This document shows positions 28,375 to 37,952 of a stretch of DNA of 64,000 nucleotides, piece by piece (position 1 is the first letter of the stretch; every line of letters starts with the position of its first letter). Origin of the DNA: a virus. The DNA is taken from positions 15,432 through 79,431 of IMG/VR virus record IMGVR_UViG_3300009705_003007; one strand, 5' to 3'. The notes below the pieces were generated by a model. The model saw only the letters and a list, made by a program, of their open reading frames with translations, was not told the DNA's origin and did no database searches. Made by a program: the position numbers and the translations under genes.

Positions 28375-29314
28375 CGGCTTTTTCTTTATTTGTCTCGTAC
28401 CATTGTACTGTATGTTTAATGCCTTCTTCAATATTTACTGGATTGATTGTCACAAAGTCTTTCATTCTAGTTGTATCTAAAAGCTTCTTCATTTGGCCGT
28501 CTGGTTTATCTGTATTCCAAAGCACCTCACCCTTATAGTCCACCGCTTTAGAAATATAGTTAACAAGTTGTTTTATACTGATCTCTCTTCCTGTTCCAAT
28601 ATTTAACGGTTGAGAACAATCATTATAACTTTGAAAAGCTTGAACGATTGCTTCGGCGGCATCGTCAACATACATGAATTCTCTCATGGGGTTTCCAGTT
28701 CCCCAGCATTCAACCTCGTCTGTTTCTTCTATGACTGCTTCTACAAATTTTCTAATAAGCGCACCAACGACCTTAGTTCTTACTAAATCAAAAGTATCAT
28801 TTGGCCCATACAGATTGGTTACACAGACAGTAGATGCGTTTAGTTCATATTGATCATTATACGCCTCTGATGCTATTTGCAGTACTCTTTTTGCAATGCC
28901 GTGCGCTCTAATTGTTTTGTTAGGAAGACCATCCCAAAAGGTCTCTTCCTTTAACACATCCATTCCCGTGTCTGGATAAGCACATGATGTCATAATTGAT
29001 AGGATCTTTTTAACACCAGTGTATTCACATGCGTGATGAAGATTTAGTCCCATAACAGTATTTGAGTATAGAATATCTGCTGGGTACATTCGGTTAAATT
29101 CTATACCTCCATTATAGCCAGCCGCATGTATACAAAAGTCTGGCTTGTGGGAAGTTAAGAAGTGTATTGTTGTCTGAAGATCATTAAGGTTTACTTCTTT
29201 ATGCTTCAAGACAAGCGGAGTCGCTCCCTTTTCTGCAATCTTCTGACATATTGCTGTACCAAGAAAGCCTTCGCCTCCTGTAACCAGAATTGTTGAACCT
29301 GTGATGTCTATCAT
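28361..29314 (-). CDS. fcl: GDP-L-fucose synthase-like epimerase/reductase
   Basis: TGGEGFLG, HAAGYNGGIEFN...PAD, TSCAYP, NLYGPND, WGTGNPMREFMYVDD, KPDGQMKK. Confidence 0.8.
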   Translation of the reverse strand: MIDITGSTILVTGGEGFLGTAICQKIAEKGATPLVLKHKEVNLNDLQTTIHFLTSHKPDFCIHAAGYNGGIEFNRMYPADILYSNTVMGLNLHHACEYTGVKKILSIMTSCAYPDTGMDVLKEETFWDGLPNKTIRAHGIAKRVLQIASEAYNDQYELNASTVCVTNLYGPNDTFDLVRTKVVGALIRKFVEAVIEETDEVECWGTGNPMREFMYVDDAAEAIVQAFQSYNDCSQPLNIGTGREISIKQLVNYISKAVDYKGEVLWNTDKPDGQMKKLLDTTRMKDFVTINPVNIEEGIKHTVQWYETNKEKADAKK

Positions 29315-30246
29315 GAATACTGATGCCTTATTTGTAAAATTGGCGCTACTTTAATTAATTCTTGTATACCAGTCATTATATCTACATCACAAGAGAAGCC
29401 CTCATTTTCTAGCTTGTTATAGCTAACTTCATAATCTCTTTGGTCAGCATCCGTCCCAATTTCTTCATAATGAACAAAACAGCCAGTATGATCTTTGACA
29501 TACTCTGCTAATTCTCTTTTTGTCCAATTAAGATGATTTGCTCCAGCATTATAAACTTTATGTTTCCAGCTACCCATATTCTCAAAACCCATAGTAAAGG
29601 CTTTAGACATGTCACGAACGTGAATAAAAGTTCGTCTAAAATCAGCTTGAAAAATAGTTAAGATACCATTTGTTAAAGCTTGATAAACAAAGTCATTTAC
29701 GAGCAAGTTCACCCGCATGCATGGGCTAACACCAAAACCCGTCGCAAAACGAAAAGAAACAGTGTTATCTTCTTCAGACATCATTTCTTCTGCAACTCGT
29801 TTATTTACGCCATATTGTGACACGGCGTTTAGTGGAGATTCTTCTGTGCATATACCCTGCACTTTACCATAGACGCTACCCGTAGAGGCATAAACAAGCG
29901 GAATGCTTTTAGAATGAAGATTTCTAGCATTAATAACATTCATTGCTCCTTCAACATTAACAGCGCTCGCTAGAGAAGGTTGGGCTTTACAGGCTGGAAA
30001 TCCTACAATAGCTGCTAAATGGATGATTGCATCACACCCCTTAACGGCTTCGTTTATTTGTGCAGGAACAGTGACATCCCCATACACGAATTCAAAATTT
30101 GGATTTATTGCTAAAGGGATAATGGCATCACATTGCCCTTTATGAAAGTTATCTAAACATTTAACTTTATATCCACTATCAAGAAGCTGTCGGCAAAGAA
30201 CATTTCCAACATAACCTCCACCACCTGTAACTAATATTTTTGTCAT
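29311..30246 (-). CDS. NAD-dependent sugar epimerase/dehydratase
   Basis: TGGGGYVG, HLAAIVG, ASTGSVYG, YGVNK. Confidence 0.85.
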   Translation of the reverse strand: MTKILVTGGGGYVGNVLCRQLLDSGYKVKCLDNFHKGQCDAIIPLAINPNFEFVYGDVTVPAQINEAVKGCDAIIHLAAIVGFPACKAQPSLASAVNVEGAMNVINARNLHSKSIPLVYASTGSVYGKVQGICTEESPLNAVSQYGVNKRVAEEMMSEEDNTVSFRFATGFGVSPCMRVNLLVNDFVYQALTNGILTIFQADFRRTFIHVRDMSKAFTMGFENMGSWKHKVYNAGANHLNWTKRELAEYVKDHTGCFVHYEEIGTDADQRDYEVSYNKLENEGFSCDVDIMTGIQELIKVAPILQIRHQYS

Positions 30247-30318
30247 GTATGCACCTGTTTGTCGTGATCCAACCTGCTTATATATATAATAACGATTTTT
30301 TCTTTATTGAACCCAATA

Positions 30319-31032
30319 TTATAGTTTTGATCTGGTTGTTGTGCTTTGTTCACACTCGCTGAAGATGCCTTTGTCGTGAATTATCTTAGGCGCAAGAAAG
30401 AATGATTCTATTTTATCATGAAAGAATCTAGATAGTTGCGAGTCTATGGGATTAATTGGTTCTAGCCTAGTTATGATGTCTAAAATCTTTCTAGAAATTA
30501 TAACACCATGCAGTCCACCGATTCTATTTACTGTTCCCACCCCTATAGATTCTGATTCTTTCCATATCCTTTCTATGTCGTTATTAAATTCATCACCTTC
30601 GTCTCCAATCCACCATCCTAAATAAAGCATGTCATAGTTTATCTTTTCAATTTCAGATTCCGTTTCTTTAACTACTTTATCAAACCTCTCGGTAAAATAA
30701 GAATCGTCTTCTAAGAATAAGACCTTTTCATCACCATCCTCTAAAGCTTTTTTTGCCATGGCTTGATGTGACAAAAAAGCGTTACAGTGTTTTATTTTTT
30801 TTGTCCGTATCTCTTCTTCTGTGTTTGTTTCATGGCCACCGTATCCCCAGTTATCAATAGGTGCATCTTCTATGTCTACCCTATCGTATTCTTGCGAATC
30901 AAGTAGTTTACCATCACCAGCTAAAAAACGATTAAACTCCAAGCCTTTGGATTCGCATTGATTCTTTAGGTCAAGCCAGTGTTCTTTTCTTTTGTCTAAA
31001 CATAGACAATAAGCTTTTTTTATTCCAAACAT
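30319..31032 (-). CDS. Glycosyltransferase family 25
   Basis: CLCLDKRKEH, FLSH, LFLEDD, PIDSQL motifs. Confidence 0.75.
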   Translation of the reverse strand: MFGIKKAYCLCLDKRKEHWLDLKNQCESKGLEFNRFLAGDGKLLDSQEYDRVDIEDAPIDNWGYGGHETNTEEEIRTKKIKHCNAFLSHQAMAKKALEDGDEKVLFLEDDSYFTERFDKVVKETESEIEKINYDMLYLGWWIGDEGDEFNNDIERIWKESESIGVGTVNRIGGLHGVIISRKILDIITRLEPINPIDSQLSRFFHDKIESFFLAPKIIHDKGIFSECEQSTTTRSKL

Positions 31033-32042
31033 TATATATTTCCTAATACGCGTTGTGCTAAAGCTTCGGTTGTTGCTTCTCTATTCAACCAATCGTAGAA
31101 CTCTTGTCTAAAATGTTTCCATAGCTCAGGTCTAAAGTCAACCAAATAGCCCGGATTTTCTTTATCTATTGTTCCGCAATTAGGAAGAGACTTTCTTTGC
31201 CATTGGCCCTCTGTAAGATTTGGTACGCCACCCAGAAGATATTTAGCTTGAATTAATTTATCCTTGGGGAGATTCCAAAGAGTGTGTTTTGGACATTCCT
31301 CCATGTCAACAAAAAAGGGAATGGATCCATTAGCTATAATTTCATAATGACGAAGAGTGTCCCAGCCACCCTTTTTTGATGTGTATGAAAAATGAGCTGT
31401 TTGATACATATCGTAATAACTCTCTTCTGTGTCGTATATATACGTAGACATGTATGAAGGATCAACAGATTGGTTAACCGGTATTAACGGGGCAAAAGCA
31501 ACGTTTCTTTTTGAGTCATCTAGTTTTCTTATTTTCTCTTTAGGTATAGCAAAAGAAATTGGAAGAGCGTACTCTTTGTGATGATCTTTCATCTCTCTTT
31601 TGTAATACGTGCAGGACTTAGCTATATCTTTATTTATGTATTCTTGATCCCAACCATCTATTACGATTAATTGATTCTTTTCATATCCACGTTTTATAAA
31701 GAAACTCAGCAATGATTTTAGGGACTGGTCTTGCTTGTTCATGGTGTGATGTATTGGAATAACGACAGCGTCGTATTCGTCCACGTCGTTACTAAAGTGA
31801 CGTGTGTATTCTTCTTCATCAAGAAGGCCATACATAGTAAACCCATTGCCCCAAATGTCACTAAAGAGTTCTGGATTTTTATCTTTTGTGTCTTTATCAT
31901 GCCACCATAAATCAAAATGGGTATGAGTATTTTTCCCAAGACTTTTAACCAAGCCGTGAAACATCATGTCGGATTGATAATCTGATACAGCATTGGAAGC
32001 TTTGAGATCTATAGGCATGAGGGGATGAAAAAGTATTTTCAT
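31032..32042 (-). CDS. Putative glycosyltransferase (GT-B/exostosin-like)
   Basis: VIDGWD, YYKRE, KKGGWDTLRHYEIIANGSIP; cluster context. Confidence 0.6.
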   Translation of the reverse strand: MKILFHPLMPIDLKASNAVSDYQSDMMFHGLVKSLGKNTHTHFDLWWHDKDTKDKNPELFSDIWGNGFTMYGLLDEEEYTRHFSNDVDEYDAVVIPIHHTMNKQDQSLKSLLSFFIKRGYEKNQLIVIDGWDQEYINKDIAKSCTYYKREMKDHHKEYALPISFAIPKEKIRKLDDSKRNVAFAPLIPVNQSVDPSYMSTYIYDTEESYYDMYQTAHFSYTSKKGGWDTLRHYEIIANGSIPFFVDMEECPKHTLWNLPKDKLIQAKYLLGGVPNLTEGQWQRKSLPNCGTIDKENPGYLVDFRPELWKHFRQEFYDWLNREATTEALAQRVLGNI

Positions 32043-32992
32043 TTTTTTATTCTTGAATCCTTAACGGCTTGCACAATTGCTTCCCTAGAACTGTATTCTG
32101 GAACCCATCCAGTACTTTTTATCTTGTCGTTATTAATTGAAATTAATTTATTGTCACCCTTCCAATTGGCAGCATCTCCAAGCCAGTCTATATCTTTATG
32201 AACATCTAAGCCTATCATTACTGACTTAGCAACTTCTTCGATGCTAATTTCGTCATCGGGAACTATGTTGTATTCTGAATCAACATCTTTCTTCATTGAT
32301 AATATCATAAGAGCATTAACTAAATCGTTTATATAACAATACGGCTTGGTAGATCCCGGCTTGCTTCCCAAAGCTTCTAACGTAGGGTTATTTAGAATCT
32401 TCTCAATAAAATCATAAACAACACCATGTGTTAACCCGCGACCAACAGTCGCGCACATGCGAGCTGACACTCCGCTTATTTTTCCCGTGTTGGTGTAATA
32501 CCTGAGTATTCCTTCGGAGGCTTGTTTTGTCATTCCGTAAATAGAAGTTGGTTCTGTTTTATAGGATTCTTCATATCTAGGAGTTCCAGAGGGTGCAGGA
32601 TTGAATAACCAATCACCATAAACGATTACGGAAGAAGCTAGAACAATCCTAGCGCCTTTAGGCGACCATTGACATATCTTTTGTGTACTGAGGATATTAT
32701 CCTGAATGATATCAAAGGGTTCGCTTCCTTCCATTTTGACGGTAGCTTTGCCAGCAAGATGAAATATATATTCTGGTTTATGCTTGTTCATTACGAATTT
32801 GAGACATTCAAACTGAGCATCAAAATCGTCAGTAAATCCTAAATCGCACATGTACGAATGGCTTACAAAAGGAGAAACAAAGTTCTTTCTACTTATGTTG
32901 ATTATTTTTCCAAAGACAAGGTTATTTTTATATAGCTCCTTGATTAGATTTCTTCCAACAAACCCATTTCCACCTGTAACTAGAACTGTCAT
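32039..32992 (-). CDS. NAD-dependent sugar epimerase
   Basis: TGGNGFVG, FHLAG, ASS, YGMTK. Confidence 0.85.
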   Translation of the reverse strand: MTVLVTGGNGFVGRNLIKELYKNNLVFGKIINISRKNFVSPFVSHSYMCDLGFTDDFDAQFECLKFVMNKHKPEYIFHLAGKATVKMEGSEPFDIIQDNILSTQKICQWSPKGARIVLASSVIVYGDWLFNPAPSGTPRYEESYKTEPTSIYGMTKQASEGILRYYTNTGKISGVSARMCATVGRGLTHGVVYDFIEKILNNPTLEALGSKPGSTKPYCYINDLVNALMILSMKKDVDSEYNIVPDDEISIEEVAKSVMIGLDVHKDIDWLGDAANWKGDNKLISINNDKIKSTGWVPEYSSREAIVQAVKDSRIKK

Positions 32993-32993
32993 G

Positions 32994-34040
32994 TTAATCC
33001 TCAAAGTGTTTCATAAGTGTTTCTTCGCACAGGGCTGCATCCTGCTTTAAACCCAATTCTGAAAATATTTTAGCGACCCTATGAAAATAGGTGTGATTTT
33101 GTGCAACCAGCTCATAACCAGCTTTTATATGCTTCATTCTTTTTTCAGGATACTTAATATAGAAATCAATCAATTGTTTAAACTCTTCAGGAGTTTTTGC
33201 AAAGACAATTTCGTCGTTAGTAAATACATCATTAACCATAGACTCAACATAATCAGATACACAAAAACCGCCACTCATTAATATTTTAAACGGTCGTTCA
33301 ATTATATCGTATCCAAAATCTTGAGAGTGCGGTTCACTTATGTTTGGACAAACCGTAGCCGACGAAAACAAAGCTCCGACATTGTTGTTATCAATTTTCC
33401 CAAGATGCTGACACACCGGCCAGCTAGAGCTGCCAAATATTTTTATATTGTATTTACCAACTGGAGTGCATAGATTAACCAAGTACTTATCAAGGTTAAT
33501 AGCTTTGTATGGCCAATACCCACCAATAAACCCTATGTCACACTTAAGGAGACTTACTGCTTGTTGAGGATAGAAGTCAAATATGTCAGCGGCATGCATC
33601 AAGGAAACAGGTCTAATACCGATATCGTTCCATTTGCCATGCGTTTGGCTAATCCAATTGTCATGGTAATGATTGTGAACAAAGTCTGGTTTTCCAGTTT
33701 GTTTCTTTAGTTTTTCAAGCAGTCTCTTCTCTTCTTCTTGCGCTACAAGTATTGGGTATTTATTAAGATCTATATTGTCTTGCATATCTCCCCAGTCTGA
33801 GGCCCGCAAAACGACCTTCATATGAGGTCTTTCTTTAATACACTTAAAGACGGCATCGTTTAAGTTGTATGTTTGACCCATAAAGATGTCTGGTTCAAAC
33901 TCATCAAATGCATCAAAAGCCGACTCTTGACTTATCTCCCACATTCTTACTTGATGACCTAAATTTGCAAAGACTTTACCCCAAGACGTTCTTATATAAG
34001 AATGCGCGTGAGGGCCATCGCTACTTATTAGAATTTTCAT
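32994..34040 (-). CDS. CgeB/Glyco_trans_1_2-type glycosyltransferase
   Basis: DIGFIGG, ERPFKILMSGGFCVSD, NHTYFHRV. Confidence 0.75.
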   Translation of the reverse strand: MKILISSDGPHAHSYIRTSWGKVFANLGHQVRMWEISQESAFDAFDEFEPDIFMGQTYNLNDAVFKCIKERPHMKVVLRASDWGDMQDNIDLNKYPILVAQEEEKRLLEKLKKQTGKPDFVHNHYHDNWISQTHGKWNDIGIRPVSLMHAADIFDFYPQQAVSLLKCDIGFIGGYWPYKAINLDKYLVNLCTPVGKYNIKIFGSSSWPVCQHLGKIDNNNVGALFSSATVCPNISEPHSQDFGYDIIERPFKILMSGGFCVSDYVESMVNDVFTNDEIVFAKTPEEFKQLIDFYIKYPEKRMKHIKAGYELVAQNHTYFHRVAKIFSELGLKQDAALCEETLMKHFED

Positions 34041-34170
34041 ATTTTTTTACTGCCTCTTTGGCTTCTTCTTGTGTGTTAAACGACCCTAGTTTTACTTCAA
34101 CTTTTTGGTCTAGATAATACCAAGCGTGCCATTTGTAATTATTGTTTATATACGCCCAATAAGCAGTCAT
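34021..34170 (-). CDS. Stand-alone AP2-like DNA-binding mini-protein, 49 aa (not in the ORF track)
   Basis: Manual translation: MTAYWAYINNNYKWHAWYYLDQKVEVKLGSFNTQEEAKEAVKKYENSNK*. ATGA overlap with the upstream stop; fills the gap between neighbours. Confidence 0.7.
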   Translation of the reverse strand: MTAYWAYINNNYKWHAWYYLDQKVEVKLGSFNTQEEAKEAVKKYENSNK

Positions 34171-34877
34171 TGTAAATCCTTTAAAGAGTCTATTTCTTTT
34201 ATCAACATTCCTTTAGGTTCTTTTGCCTTCATTGGAATACCGCTATTGATCATCATGTTAAACAGTTCAAAGGGGTATAGTTTATTACGTCTCTTGTCTG
34301 CGCATAGATTTTTTAATTCGTCAAAAATGTAGTCTTCAAAATATGCTATTTGACACCATTTGTTTGTAAGACCGTAGGCAAAATTTGTAACATTGCCATC
34401 AACAACAGTAACTCCAATTTCTTCTTCTCTAAATCTAGACTTGGAATCTACCACCACACACGACCCATCAGATGTTATACCTCTTATTGAATAAACATTA
34501 AAAACTAAATCACCATATACTATCAATAGTTTTTTATTGGACGACGCGTTTATTCCAATCCTTATGCTTTCTACTATATTTGCTTCTTCGTATTTGGTAT
34601 TTTCTATGACTCTTATGTTATGCGGAAGGGTTTTAATAACCTTATCAGACTCAAACCCAACTATTACAATAATATCAGAATATGGATACTCTTTTTTTAT
34701 ATTAGATATTGTCTTCTCTAATATTGTTTCTTTTTGGTTAGCCTTTAGTAAACACTTTGGGCCATACGACTTCATCCTGTGACCGATTCCAGCCACGGGT
34801 ATTATCACTGTTAAGGGGTCGTTAGGATTTGTTCCAGCTCCCTGTTTTTTAATCGTTGACGTAAACCTACTAGACAT
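34167..34877 (-). CDS. Sugar/choline-phosphate nucleotidyltransferase (LicC-like)
   Basis: IIPVAGIGHRMKSYGPKCLL, VYGDL, EIDSLKDL. Confidence 0.75.
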   Translation of the reverse strand: MSSRFTSTIKKQGAGTNPNDPLTVIIPVAGIGHRMKSYGPKCLLKANQKETILEKTISNIKKEYPYSDIIVIVGFESDKVIKTLPHNIRVIENTKYEEANIVESIRIGINASSNKKLLIVYGDLVFNVYSIRGITSDGSCVVVDSKSRFREEEIGVTVVDGNVTNFAYGLTNKWCQIAYFEDYIFDELKNLCADKRRNKLYPFELFNMMINSGIPMKAKEPKGMLIKEIDSLKDLQ

Positions 34878-35655
34878 ATCTATCCTGCGCTTTTTGCATA
34901 ACTCTTCTCCAGTTTTTTTGCCACACTTCTTGGTTAACAATAAAAGAGGAGTTATCTCCTGTAACCCTAACCATTGTTAAAGATTTTGGAACATGAGCTA
35001 TGATGAATTTTTCACTTATTCTCATCCAAAGGTCATAATCTTCGCATGTGCGCATTGTCTTGTCGTAATATCCCGTGTCTTCACAAACGACCTCTAAAGC
35101 TTCTTTAGATATCAAAGATCCGCTGTGAACAATACACTCACGAACCAGTCTTTTTTTATTGAACGGCTCTTTGTATTCTCTAATGCTTTTTTTAGTACTT
35201 GTGTGAAAGGTATCATAATCAGCATAAACCACACCAATCATCCCATCACCCTTTTCAAAAACCGGAATACATTCCGATATTTTATTCTCATACATTTCGT
35301 CATCAGAATCTAAGATGGCATAAATATCAGTCTCATTTAATGTGTATTCTATACCAATATTTCTCGCTTGGCTTGGGCCGCTATTTTCATTCTTTATTGC
35401 TATTATCTTGGTGTTTCCAAACCTGCCACCAAGAACTCTGGAAAACGTTACATCTAAAAGTGAATGAGAGTCCTTAGCTGCGTGTTTTATGTAAGGGGTG
35501 ATAATATCCCAAGATCCGTCGGTAGACCCGTCGTCAACGATGCAAATCTGTAATGGGCCAGAATAGTCTTGGTTTATAGCGCTTTCTATTGCTTTGTCCA
35601 AGTACTCTTCATCATTATAGTTTGCTATTAATATAGTAACCAAAGGAAGTGTCAT
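34870..35655 (-). CDS. Glycosyltransferase family 2
   Basis: VDDGSTD, GPSQARN, LDSDD, EDYDLW. Confidence 0.9.
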   Translation of the reverse strand: MTLPLVTILIANYNDEEYLDKAIESAINQDYSGPLQICIVDDGSTDGSWDIITPYIKHAAKDSHSLLDVTFSRVLGGRFGNTKIIAIKNENSGPSQARNIGIEYTLNETDIYAILDSDDEMYENKISECIPVFEKGDGMIGVVYADYDTFHTSTKKSIREYKEPFNKKRLVRECIVHSGSLISKEALEVVCEDTGYYDKTMRTCEDYDLWMRISEKFIIAHVPKSLTMVRVTGDNSSFIVNQEVWQKNWRRVMQKAQDRYV

Positions 35656-36467
35656 CTTAATTCATCCCATGTTCTTACAAGAGAATATTCTATTCCTGTT
35701 TTATCCATGTCTTCGCCGTCTAGAAGTTTTTCTTCTAGAGAGACTCCTCTGTTTCCGTATAAAAATTTATGCAAAACACACTGAGCCGTCATTCCATTAA
35801 TTCCATCGTGGGGTTTTACATAACCAACCTTTTCAACGTTGGTGTTTATGGCTGAATGCAATACGGAAATTAAGTCTTTTGGTACTTCTTTACCACATTC
35901 AAAAATACTATAAAATCCATTATGAAAATTCGCAAAAACTTCATCTACAATAGCAAGGTTAGATACGTCGCCTCTTACTGCTTGAACCTTAAAGAGTACG
36001 TCAGAATCTTCCAAGAGAGATCTTGATTTCTGTATACATTCAATTAAAAGATCGTCATTAGAGGTGACTATTATAATTTGCGCAGCCTTAAATCTTTCTT
36101 GATTCAAAATTGAATTAATCGTCATTTCAATTTCATTTAGATTATCCTTGACCAATACCACAAAATTAATTTTCGGGTATATTTCATTATCTAAGGCCTC
36201 TTCTAAATCCTCTTCTTTGTGTGCTGTTTTCCAAATATCGTTTCTATAAGCAGAACACCAACCCTTTAAAACAGCAAATTCGTTATCTTCTTCGTCTTTT
36301 GCGTATATGATTTCAACATTTTGCTCTTCGAATTTCTCAAGCCTACCAAGCGAACAGCCGGTTTGGGTTTTTTTATGCTTTGTTGAAAAAACGCAGTCTC
36401 TACAGGAGGTTGTCAGTTCTCTTTGATCGGGTAATGATGACAATCCCGCTTCTTTAAAGTCGCTCAT
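35652..36467 (-). CDS. Hypothetical protein: N-terminal Cys motif plus degenerate GT2-like region
   Basis: CRDCVF...GC...WC; IEMTINSILNQ resembles the GT2 N-terminus, but no DxD is evident. Confidence 0.45.
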   Translation of the reverse strand: MSDFKEAGLSSLPDQRELTTSCRDCVFSTKHKKTQTGCSLGRLEKFEEQNVEIIYAKDEEDNEFAVLKGWCSAYRNDIWKTAHKEEDLEEALDNEIYPKINFVVLVKDNLNEIEMTINSILNQERFKAAQIIIVTSNDDLLIECIQKSRSLLEDSDVLFKVQAVRGDVSNLAIVDEVFANFHNGFYSIFECGKEVPKDLISVLHSAINTNVEKVGYVKPHDGINGMTAQCVLHKFLYGNRGVSLEEKLLDGEDMDKTGIEYSLVRTWDELR

Positions 36468-36931
36468 TAGGATCTCTCAGCCTCTACTATTAGTTTAATT
36501 CCGTTAATTCGTTTTTTGGTAATTCTCAGTCCTTTACTTTCAAGCAATTGACACAATTCTTCTATGGTTGTGTGACTAAGACGAACATCCCACGGAAACA
36601 AAAAATTTCCATGCATAATTTTATTGAAAGTTTTTATGTCTATTTCTTTTCTGTAAAAAGACTTTGCAGCTCCGTAAGCATCTACTGATGTTACAATAAT
36701 TTTGCCACCACGCCTTATCTTTTTAATCCACCCAAACAACGCTTGAATAGACTGTTCTTTTTCAAGGTAGTCTAGTACGTCTTCAGATATAAGTTCGACA
36801 CATTCTGAATCTGAAACCACCTCGCTTATATCTCTAATGTCTACAGATATGTCATCAAACTTTGTAATTGGATCTATATTGACATAACCATTAAGCTTGT
36901 CTTTTTCTCCAACGGTAATTCTAATCTTCAT
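36467..36931 (-). CDS. Methyltransferase type 11-like protein (degenerate motif I)
   Basis: GYVNID...DVLDYL...IKKIRRGGKIIV; lacks the usual GCG of motif I. Confidence 0.55.
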   Translation of the reverse strand: MKIRITVGEKDKLNGYVNIDPITKFDDISVDIRDISEVVSDSECVELISEDVLDYLEKEQSIQALFGWIKKIRRGGKIIVTSVDAYGAAKSFYRKEIDIKTFNKIMHGNFLFPWDVRLSHTTIEELCQLLESKGLRITKKRINGIKLIVEAERS

Positions 36932-36932
36932 G

Positions 36933-37952
36933 CTAACCCTTAAAAACTATATTTGACGCCGTATAAAGTATGTGTTGCCACTTATCCACAAATTTTTCCG
37001 CTGAGTATCTATTTACTATTGTCTTCCTTGCGTTATCCCCGATTTCTTTTGCCATGTCCTCATCGTTTAATAGATCAACAAGATACTGCTTCATTTTATT
37101 TTCGTCGTTTGTTATGAATCCGTTAACGCCGTTCTCTATAACTTCTGGAATCATGCAAGTTTCTGTTGAAACCACAGCGCATCCACAAGACATAGCTTCC
37201 ATTAGGGCTGTTGGAACAGGGGATATTGTTGATGTATTAAGAAATATCCTACTATTTTGGTAATCTGACACAAGCTTTTCCGTTGAGATTGCCGGTTTTG
37301 ATAAACCCGGAGTATCTCCTACAACCTTATGTGGCAGCCCGTTAATCGTTCTTTGCCAAATGCTAAAACCACAACACCAATCTCTGTTTATCCAGTCGTT
37401 CACAACGGATAAAATTTCGTCACTTCTTTCTTCTTCTTTGGGGCAAAATAAATCGGTGTCGATTCCGTGAGTGATTACCTTAGTGTCTTTTTCGTCTTTC
37501 CATCCCCAAGCATCAATACTGTATTGGGATATAAAAAGGTTTACGTGTCCTCTCATGTTTCTTAGTTGATCAAGAGTATCTTCACCCCATTGAGGCATTG
37601 GTAAAGTGTGTTCTAAACTAACCAACGGCAAGTGTAAAACACTCGCTAACTCTGCGGCCTTCTGGAATTGACCAAATTTGTTTTGAGAAAGAACTAAATC
37701 AAAATCTATGTATTCCGGAATTTGATTGATGTCAAGTTCTGGGTCAAGAAGATGATAGTTGTCTGGAAGCCTAGCGTAGGTTTCATTCCAGTCTTTAATA
37801 CCTTCGGCTCTATACGCATAGAAATTATGACCAGTCTTAGATAGCATACTTTCGTAACGTTCATGCGTTGGAAAAGTAAGGATGTTTAACTTTTCAGTTG
37901 GCTTCCTAGTGGCGGCTCTAATGATATAAGGTAAGGGACTAACTATTGGCAT
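36933..37952 (-). CDS. Glycosyltransferase family 4
   Basis: HGIDTDLF, PTALMEAMSCG, EVIENGVNG. Confidence 0.85.
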   Translation of the reverse strand: MPIVSPLPYIIRAATRKPTEKLNILTFPTHERYESMLSKTGHNFYAYRAEGIKDWNETYARLPDNYHLLDPELDINQIPEYIDFDLVLSQNKFGQFQKAAELASVLHLPLVSLEHTLPMPQWGEDTLDQLRNMRGHVNLFISQYSIDAWGWKDEKDTKVITHGIDTDLFCPKEEERSDEILSVVNDWINRDWCCGFSIWQRTINGLPHKVVGDTPGLSKPAISTEKLVSDYQNSRIFLNTSTISPVPTALMEAMSCGCAVVSTETCMIPEVIENGVNGFITNDENKMKQYLVDLLNDEDMAKEIGDNARKTIVNRYSAEKFVDKWQHILYTASNIVFKG

